NCBI GenBank assembly: GCA_044225175.1
Contig: JBGAJA010000001.1
Location: 6,994-70,993 of the forward strand
From: Candidatus Omnitrophota bacterium
GTDB taxonomy: Bacteria; Omnitrophota; Gorgyraeia; Zapsychrales; Fredricksoniimonadaceae
Direction: 5' to 3'
Length of the DNA stretch: 64,000 bases
Shown here: positions 57,794 to 64,000 of the stretch, piece after piece
Position numbering within the stretch: position 1 is the first letter of the stretch
Layout: each line of letters begins with the position of its first letter
Program-made: the position numbers and the translations under genes
The notes under the pieces: model-generated
What the model saw: only the letters and a program-made list of their open reading frames with translations
What the model was told of the DNA's origin: nothing
Database searches by the model: none

Positions 57794-58345
57794 ATGGCTT
57801 TATTAGAGTCTATCAAAATTCCACTAGGAACATTAATGCCGGATTTTGAGCTTAAAGATGCTCTTGGCAAATCATATAAGGGAAGTGAGCTTTATGGGGA
57901 GAGGGGATTGCTGGTTGTGTTCACATGTAATCACTGTCCTTATGCGATTGCCGTTTGGCCCCGAGTGATTCAGTTGGCTAAATATGGCCTTGGAATGAGA
58001 GTCAACACCGTTGCCATCAACCCTAATATTAACCCTGAATTTCCAGACGATGCCCCAGATAAGATGGTTGAGAAAATCAAAGAATTAGGCATCGAATTCC
58101 CCTATTTAGTCGATGAAACCCAAAGAACTGCTGATGCCTTCAAAGCCCAATGCACCCCTGACATTTACCTATTTAATAAAGAAAAGAAATTAGTCTACCA
58201 CGGTCGTATTGATGACAACTGGAAAGACGAAAGCAAAGTCACCCGCGAAGAACTCAAAGAAGCCATGAACAACATGGCCGCCGGCCGCCCCATCGACGTC
58301 AAACAAATGCCATCTATGGGCTGTTCGATCAAATGGCTATCGTAA
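57794..58345 (+). CDS. Thioredoxin-like redoxin (AhpC/TSA-like)
   Basis: CNHCPY, ACTPD-like QCTPD, YHGRIDD, SMGCSIKW; RBS GGAGG before ATG 57794. Confidence 0.9.
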   Translation: MALLESIKIPLGTLMPDFELKDALGKSYKGSELYGERGLLVVFTCNHCPYAIAVWPRVIQLAKYGLGMRVNTVAINPNINPEFPDDAPDKMVEKIKELGIEFPYLVDETQRTADAFKAQCTPDIYLFNKEKKLVYHGRIDDNWKDESKVTREELKEAMNNMAAGRPIDVKQMPSMGCSIKWLS

Positions 58346-58356
58346 GGCCCTCTAAC

Positions 58357-58385
58357 TTGACAAGGCTATACCCATAGGGCATACT
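58357..58385 (+). promoter_or_regulatory. Sigma70-type promoter for the large modular gene
   Basis: TTGACA-17 nt-CATACT. Confidence 0.55.
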
Positions 58386-58421
58386 TTGACCAAAGCGATC
58401 AAATACACTTTGGAGAATATT

Positions 58422-61400
58422 ATGTCCCCATTAACCTTAATAGTTTTAAAGTCTATGCGTCATTCTGTCCGTAAGGGCGTTTCTATCGTTATTTTAGTGG
58501 CTTTTATGGCTACTACCGTAAAGACTCCAGCTAATGCTCAATTAGCCCCTTGGATGCCAAAACCTGGGGAAATGGTCCATTTAAGCGCTGATTTCACACC
58601 CGCACACCTTAAGGGTTTGGTCATTCACCCTGAAAATCCACTTAAATTTGACTTCATCATTTATAAAGGTGATGAACGTTTATCCTCCCAAGATAAGCAG
58701 GTTATTTATAAAAATTTAATCAAATACTTCATGGCTTCTCTGGCTGTTCCTGATGACAATCAATGGGTGAACCTTTCTCCCTATGAAAAGAACCGTGTGA
58801 TTGAAGGGGATTTTGGGAAGACGGAAATGGGACGTGACCTTCTGGCCCAAGATTACCTCTTAAAACAAATCACCGCTTCTCTTATATATCCTGAAGACAG
58901 TTTAGGTAAGAAATTCTGGGACAAGGTCTATTCCCAGGCCCAGCAACAATTTGGCAGCACTGCTATCCCTGTGAATACCTTTAATAAGGTTTGGATTGTT
59001 CCGGCTGATGCTCTTGTGTATGAATCAGGCAATACAGCTTATGTCTTGAAGAATCATTTAAAGGTCATGTTGGAAGAGGATTACATGTCTCTGACCAAGC
59101 ACAGTGGGATTAAAAATGTCCCTTCTGATCATGGTAAAGGTGTTAATAAAATAGGCAGTCAAATCGTCCGCGAAATTGTCCTTCCGGCCCTTGAAAAGGA
59201 AGTCAATGAAGGAAAGAATTTTGCTAATTTGCGTCAGGTTTACAGTGGGATGATTCTGGCCGCATGGTATAAGAGGGCTTTGAAAGAATCTTTGTTAGGA
59301 AGAATTTACGCGGATAAAGCCAAAGTCAAAGGAATTGACCAGAACCCTAAGAATAATGAGAAAATTTATCAGCAGTATCTTAAAGCTTATAAAAAAGGGG
59401 TCTTCAACTATATCAAAGAAGATACAGACAAATATTCCAAGCAATCCATTCCAAGAAAATACTTCTCTGGTGGAGCAACAGGATTTGGTGATTTAAGAGC
59501 CAACCTTGCCGTAACATCCAACTCCAGTCAAGCTAACCAAGCCATGTCCGCAGATATCAACAAATCAGGCTTAGATGCTGCCCATGCTGTTTTAGCTGAA
59601 CAAAAAGAAGCTGATAGCGCCATGATCTTAAACGAAAACCAGGTCAGACGTATTGTGGAAGAAAAAGGTGTTTTAGAATTTATCAAAGTATTAGAAAATG
59701 AAGGATTAAGCCTTGTTTCTCATCCTACAGAATCGACTGCAGATAAAATTATTGTTGTAGATGGTAATCGTATTCAATTTGACGTTAATCCAAACCTGTC
59801 TAAGGGACGCTTGTTTCAAATCAAATCTTCGGGCGTAATTCAAGGGTGGCTTTCGAACAAGTTTATTTATATTAAGAATTGGGACGAAATTGTCCGAGAT
59901 GATTTTATGAAAAGGATTGTCAATGTTCCAGGCCAGTCTATTGAAAAATATTTGGAAACATTGGGTCTGAAAGTTTCTGCGGTGACAGATGTGGTTGACC
60001 GAAGAAAATTGCTTAATGATTTAGATTCTCGCAGTAAGTATATGTATTACAGAATTGATCCTTTAGGTGAAGCTGTTAAAGACTCACGAGTCATAGCATT
60101 AGAAGGAAAGATTATTGCCATCGCTATTGGCCAAAAAGAGCCAATTAAGAAAAAAACACCGCTTTTCTTAGAACCCAGATTAGATATGAAGAATAGTTGG
60201 GGGGATCTAATTGTTTCAGCTTCTTTGTCCTCAGACGGTAATAAACTTGTAATTCTCGATTACAATGGAAGAGCTTCATTGTTGAATACAAGAACTGGAG
60301 AAGAGATAGAAGCTCGGGTCTTAACTGCGGGAGATTCCCTGTTTTACGTGGCTACAATTTCTCCTGATGGTAAGTTGATTGCCACCATAGATGGTAGAAA
60401 TGCTTTAAAGCTATGGGATATGGAAACTCAGAAAGTGATTAAAGAGATGGAAGAATTGAGATTTTTTTCTAGTAGTTTTCAACTTACATTCTCACCAGAT
60501 AGTAAGACATTTATAGTTCAAGGGAGTAGAGGAGAAGGGCTTTTATTTGATATAGCTCATAGTAAGCCCATGGTTGAACTTAGATTTTCTGATCGTTATA
60601 CAAATACAGTTTTCTCACCGGACGGCCAAAAGTTTGCACTTGTAGAAAAATACAATGTGATTTTCTTCGATACGAGGACAGGAAAAGAACTTCATCGATT
60701 AGGGATGAAGGATCATATCCATGTTGTTACCTTCTCGCCAGATGGTAAGAAGCTCGTGGTAGGTTTCTATGATGGTGGGGTTAAGCAATTTGATATTGAT
60801 AGTAACACTGAAGAGTGGTTTCTTAATGAACAGAGAGTTCAGAAAATTGGTTTTACAAAAGATGGTACGAATATTGTGACGGTCAATATTGAAGGAGAAG
60901 TCCGTATATGGAATGCGAATAATAGAGAAAAGATCAATGAATTCCAAACTGAATCACGTTCTGATGGGCCTTATCTAGGTAGTTTTCTGGCAGAAGATAA
61001 TCAAAGTATTGTGAGAGCAGATAAGTCAAAGATAAGAATATATGATATCCCAATCGCTACGCTCAAATCCAATGAAGAACAAGATTTGTCTGTTGAGGCA
61101 GATGAGGAAACCATGACTATTGTTGGCTCCGATGGCCAAAGCCGTGGATTTGAGAAAAGAGGAACCAAGTGGGAACAGGTCTCTAAAGGTCCTAGTGAAG
61201 GGAATCCAAATTTAAGATTTAAAATAAATAATGATGGTCAATTCCTAACAATAGGGGATCCAGACGGCACAGGAATCACAAAGATCTATCAGCGCTCAGC
61301 TGATGGTAAAAGTTTCGAATTGAGGACCTCTTTAGCTCCAGACTCCGGCCCAATCATGCAAGTCTCCGACACTACAGGAGAGATAGAAGGGCAAAATAGT

Positions 61401-62597
61401 TATAAGATTAAATTTGTTCTAAAAAATGGAGAGTGGCAGATAGGGGAAGATGTTGAATCAAAGAAATCAGAAAATCCAGTAAAGAATGTAAAAAGTGCCA
61501 AACAAGAGCTAGCTGAGATAAAGGAAGGGATTGAGCAGCTGAACAAGGCGCTTGAACAGACTAAAACTCCAGTAACTACTTTAGTAGATTCTCAAGATAG
61601 GTTAAATGTGTTGTTGAAAGAAAGAGCAAGACTAGAGAAGATGATTGAGTTTGGAGAGCAAACCGGTAAAGAACCCTTAGCTATAAGTAGCGGGCAAGTT
61701 ATAACTAAAGATGATTCTGGAACAGTCATAATATGGGAAAAAATGCCCGATGGAAAATGGAAAGATGTCGAAAAGATTGGAGTAGTCAAATCATTCGAAG
61801 TGGTGAATGATGGAGAATTTATAACAAAAGATGATGCTGGAAAAATCACCACATGGGAAAGAAAACCAGATGGAACTTGGAAAGCAAAAGATGCAGCCAT
61901 GCTTGTTACGTTGAATGATGGTACGACGAGTGTACCATTGGGGTTGGTTCAGGTTATCTATAAGTTTCTAGAGCTCAGACCTTTGACGTCATTTCAAGGG
62001 TTAACAGCTGATAATCTTGAAGTGAGGATTCCTGGATTTTTAGAATTAGTTTCCTCCGATTATACAGGTGCAGATTCTCCTTTGGGAATTGCGGAAATGT
62101 CTGTGAAGATTATTGAGCAAAGTATAGTGGATGGGCGCTTGGTAAATCCAGTTAAACCTGGTCAAGGTGTGGTATCCTCAAATTCAGGTGTTCCATTTCT
62201 TGTGGGAGGTTTAGATCTTTCAGGCTTTAACTTTACAGTTTTAAAGGATCCGAGGTCTCTTGCTCCTTTTGTTTTTGATATTGATCGTATTCATACGATT
62301 GTAATTTCTATTAAACCAATTGATCCTGAAGATAAGCAAGCATTTTTGAACCTTAAAGATGAGCCAAAAGCAGATCCAGCCATGAAGAATACCAAGGGGG
62401 GTATTGACTTTAATGCGGCCCATTTGAATTTGCAGATCAAAAGGGACGGCAAAGGTGTGCCGCTTCCGATGTCCCAGCAGAATTTGGAAAACATCCGCCT
62501 CGATGGCCTTGTGCCAGTCATCATTAACATCACACCGATTACCAGCATGCCTGTTTTATCTCAGCTTATTAATTCTAATCAAGTGGCCAATGGATAG
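58422..62597 (+). CDS. Large modular secreted protein: signal peptide, conserved N-terminal chassis domain, WD40 propeller and other cargo, conserved GGIDF C-terminal domain
   Basis: RBS GGAGA before ATG 58422; N-terminal domain 58554-59474; repeated FSPDG WD40 blades ~60200-61050; GGIDF at 62397. Confidence 0.9.
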   Translation: MSPLTLIVLKSMRHSVRKGVSIVILVAFMATTVKTPANAQLAPWMPKPGEMVHLSADFTPAHLKGLVIHPENPLKFDFIIYKGDERLSSQDKQVIYKNLIKYFMASLAVPDDNQWVNLSPYEKNRVIEGDFGKTEMGRDLLAQDYLLKQITASLIYPEDSLGKKFWDKVYSQAQQQFGSTAIPVNTFNKVWIVPADALVYESGNTAYVLKNHLKVMLEEDYMSLTKHSGIKNVPSDHGKGVNKIGSQIVREIVLPALEKEVNEGKNFANLRQVYSGMILAAWYKRALKESLLGRIYADKAKVKGIDQNPKNNEKIYQQYLKAYKKGVFNYIKEDTDKYSKQSIPRKYFSGGATGFGDLRANLAVTSNSSQANQAMSADINKSGLDAAHAVLAEQKEADSAMILNENQVRRIVEEKGVLEFIKVLENEGLSLVSHPTESTADKIIVVDGNRIQFDVNPNLSKGRLFQIKSSGVIQGWLSNKFIYIKNWDEIVRDDFMKRIVNVPGQSIEKYLETLGLKVSAVTDVVDRRKLLNDLDSRSKYMYYRIDPLGEAVKDSRVIALEGKIIAIAIGQKEPIKKKTPLFLEPRLDMKNSWGDLIVSASLSSDGNKLVILDYNGRASLLNTRTGEEIEARVLTAGDSLFYVATISPDGKLIATIDGRNALKLWDMETQKVIKEMEELRFFSSSFQLTFSPDSKTFIVQGSRGEGLLFDIAHSKPMVELRFSDRYTNTVFSPDGQKFALVEKYNVIFFDTRTGKELHRLGMKDHIHVVTFSPDGKKLVVGFYDGGVKQFDIDSNTEEWFLNEQRVQKIGFTKDGTNIVTVNIEGEVRIWNANNREKINEFQTESRSDGPYLGSFLAEDNQSIVRADKSKIRIYDIPIATLKSNEEQDLSVEADEETMTIVGSDGQSRGFEKRGTKWEQVSKGPSEGNPNLRFKINNDGQFLTIGDPDGTGITKIYQRSADGKSFELRTSLAPDSGPIMQVSDTTGEIEGQNSYKIKFVLKNGEWQIGEDVESKKSENPVKNVKSAKQELAEIKEGIEQLNKALEQTKTPVTTLVDSQDRLNVLLKERARLEKMIEFGEQTGKEPLAISSGQVITKDDSGTVIIWEKMPDGKWKDVEKIGVVKSFEVVNDGEFITKDDAGKITTWERKPDGTWKAKDAAMLVTLNDGTTSVPLGLVQVIYKFLELRPLTSFQGLTADNLEVRIPGFLELVSSDYTGADSPLGIAEMSVKIIEQSIVDGRLVNPVKPGQGVVSSNSGVPFLVGGLDLSGFNFTVLKDPRSLAPFVFDIDRIHTIVISIKPIDPEDKQAFLNLKDEPKADPAMKNTKGGIDFNAAHLNLQIKRDGKGVPLPMSQQNLENIRLDGLVPVIINITPITSMPVLSQLINSNQVANG

Positions 62598-62665
62598 AAT
62601 ATAAAGGGGTTAAAAGAAATTTTAACCTCTTGCTTTTTAAGAATATTATGATACAGTGTCTCATT

Positions 62666-63112
62666 ATGAAAGAGGTTATTCAAAAAGAATTGCAGAAGTA
62701 TGAGGATTATTTGAAGAAGAGGCATCTGCGTTTGAGTCAGGGAAGGCAGGTGGTTTTTCATCAGGTGATGGATAAGCATGGGCATTTTACGGCGGAGGAG
62801 ATGGCTAAGGTCTGTAATAAGATTAAGCCTGCTGTATCTAGAGCAACTGTGTATCGCACGCTTCATGAGATTCTTGAGGCAGGAGTTATTCGTGGAACAG
62901 CTTTTGGGGACAAGCATCAGCATTTTGAACATCTTTATGATGAAAAGAAGCACCATCATGCGCAATGTGTGCGCTGCCATCAATACATTGAGTTTCCCGA
63001 CTTACATGAAGAAAGCCGTTATAAAGCTATTTTAGAAAAACAAGGATTCAAAATTATTGGCCATGAAATGCATTTTTATGGAATTTGCAGCAAATGTCAG
63101 GAGAGTATATGA
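62666..63112 (+). CDS. Fur-family transcriptional regulator
   Basis: [31 protein letters not shown]. Confidence 0.92.
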   Translation: MKEVIQKELQKYEDYLKKRHLRLSQGRQVVFHQVMDKHGHFTAEEMAKVCNKIKPAVSRATVYRTLHEILEAGVIRGTAFGDKHQHFEHLYDEKKHHHAQCVRCHQYIEFPDLHEESRYKAILEKQGFKIIGHEMHFYGICSKCQESI

Positions 63113-64000
63113 ACAAGCCTTGGCGTCGTGATGTCACGACCGCGAGTTTATCGGAAGTTAATTCATCTATCAGTGTGCCGGTGAATGCTAGATTTTGGCG
63201 CAAAATGATGGCCTTTGTTGGGCCCGGTCTTATGGTTGCGGTAGGGTATATGGACCCAGGGAACTGGGCAACCGACTTAGCTGGTGGGGCTAAATTTGGT
63301 TACACGCTTCTTTCAGTTATTCTTATTTCTAACTTTATGGCCATTATCCTTCAGCATTTGGCCTTAAAGCTTGGAATCGTGACTGGTCGTGACCTTGCTC
63401 AAGCCTGTCGTGACCACTATTCCAAACCAGTTGCCATTTTCTTATGGGTTCTTTGCGAAATTGCAATTGCTGCTTGCGACTTAGCTGAAGTCATTGGTTC
63501 TGCAATTGCTTTAAATTTACTTTTTGGTATTCCACTGGTTGTTGGTATTTTGATTACGGCAACAGATGTCATGATCATTCTATTTCTGCAAAACAAGGGC
63601 TTTCGCGTCTTGGAATGTTTAGTTGCTGGTTTAATTGTCCTGATCGGTGGATGCTTCTTATATGAGATGGCTATTTCCCATCCTTTTCTTCCAGCTGTAT
63701 TAAACGGCCTCATTCCTCGTCCAGAAATCGTCACTAACCCTGAAATGCTTTATATTGCCATTGGTATTTTAGGGGCAACAGTCATGCCTCATAACCTATA
63801 CCTGCACTCCAGCATTGTCCAAACTCGGGCGTATGAACGTAATGATGCGGGTAAGAAGATGGCCATTCGTTTTGCTACGATCGATTCAACGGCTGCTTTG
63901 TTATGTGCATTTTTCATTAATGCAGCTATTTTAATCTTAAGTGCGGCAGCTTTTCATGGGACTGGACATCAAGACGTCGCTGACATCAATGACGCCTATC
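63109..64000 (+). CDS. mntH: Nramp-family Mn2+/Fe2+ transporter, 3'-truncated by the window (absent from the ORF track)
   Basis: Read manually from ATG 63109: [43 protein letters not shown]; ATGA overlap with the fur stop. Confidence 0.95.
   Translation, partial: MNKPWRRDVTTASLSEVNSSISVPVNARFWRKMMAFVGPGLMVAVGYMDPGNWATDLAGGAKFGYTLLSVILISNFMAIILQHLALKLGIVTGRDLAQACRDHYSKPVAIFLWVLCEIAIAACDLAEVIGSAIALNLLFGIPLVVGILITATDVMIILFLQNKGFRVLECLVAGLIVLIGGCFLYEMAISHPFLPAVLNGLIPRPEIVTNPEMLYIAIGILGATVMPHNLYLHSSIVQTRAYERNDAGKKMAIRFATIDSTAALLCAFFINAAILILSAAAFHGTGHQDVADINDAY

Noticed and set aside
30870-62597. Diversity-generating retroelement, intein or prophage explanation for the variable giant genes
   Set aside because: No reverse transcriptase, no template/variable repeat pair with adenine-specific changes, no Hint-domain motifs, and no phage or integrase genes were seen in the window.
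63417-63734. 105-aa minus-strand ORF
   Set aside because: Antisense to mntH, which has clear Nramp motifs on the + strand.
1-64000. tRNA, rRNA or riboswitch genes
   Set aside because: Intergenic gaps are short and none showed recognisable motifs by eye; a covariance-model scan was not possible.

Overview
A 64-kb bacterial chromosomal segment, AT-rich and mostly coded on the + strand, from a diderm with lipid A genes. It is most likely Candidatus Omnitrophota; this is inferred from the large-protein family and was not verified by search. The backbone is housekeeping: uppP, an RND/TolC efflux locus, an APC permease, yqeY, a GH161-like glucan phosphorylase, purE, a moxR-bat operon, lpxB/gnnA-like/msbA, HU/IHF, hisS-aspS, phoH-HD-ybeY, mreD-mrdA, fadJ/fadB and fur-mntH. 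Four dispersed paralogous large genes (<1-7617, 30870-35584, 48163-54258, 58422-62597) interrupt this backbone. The three whose 5' ends are visible share a signal peptide and a conserved ~310-aa N-terminal domain, and all four share a ~65-aa C-terminal GGID(L/F) domain. Between these ends they carry unrelated cargo: propeller-AAA-transglutaminase-vWA; 53-aa tandem repeats plus 105-aa repeats; a TPR-like solenoid; and WD40. A recurring D-x-A-M/Q tetrapeptide sits at almost every cargo boundary, which suggests a modular secreted chassis-plus-cargo (polyprotein) system. One member holds a 159-bp tandem array with a localised hypervariable site, frameshifted in this assembly. Short REP-like palindromes (mostly GTAG...CTAC) are scattered through the window, many in frame inside coding sequences. 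No rRNA, tRNA, CRISPR array or transposase was seen.
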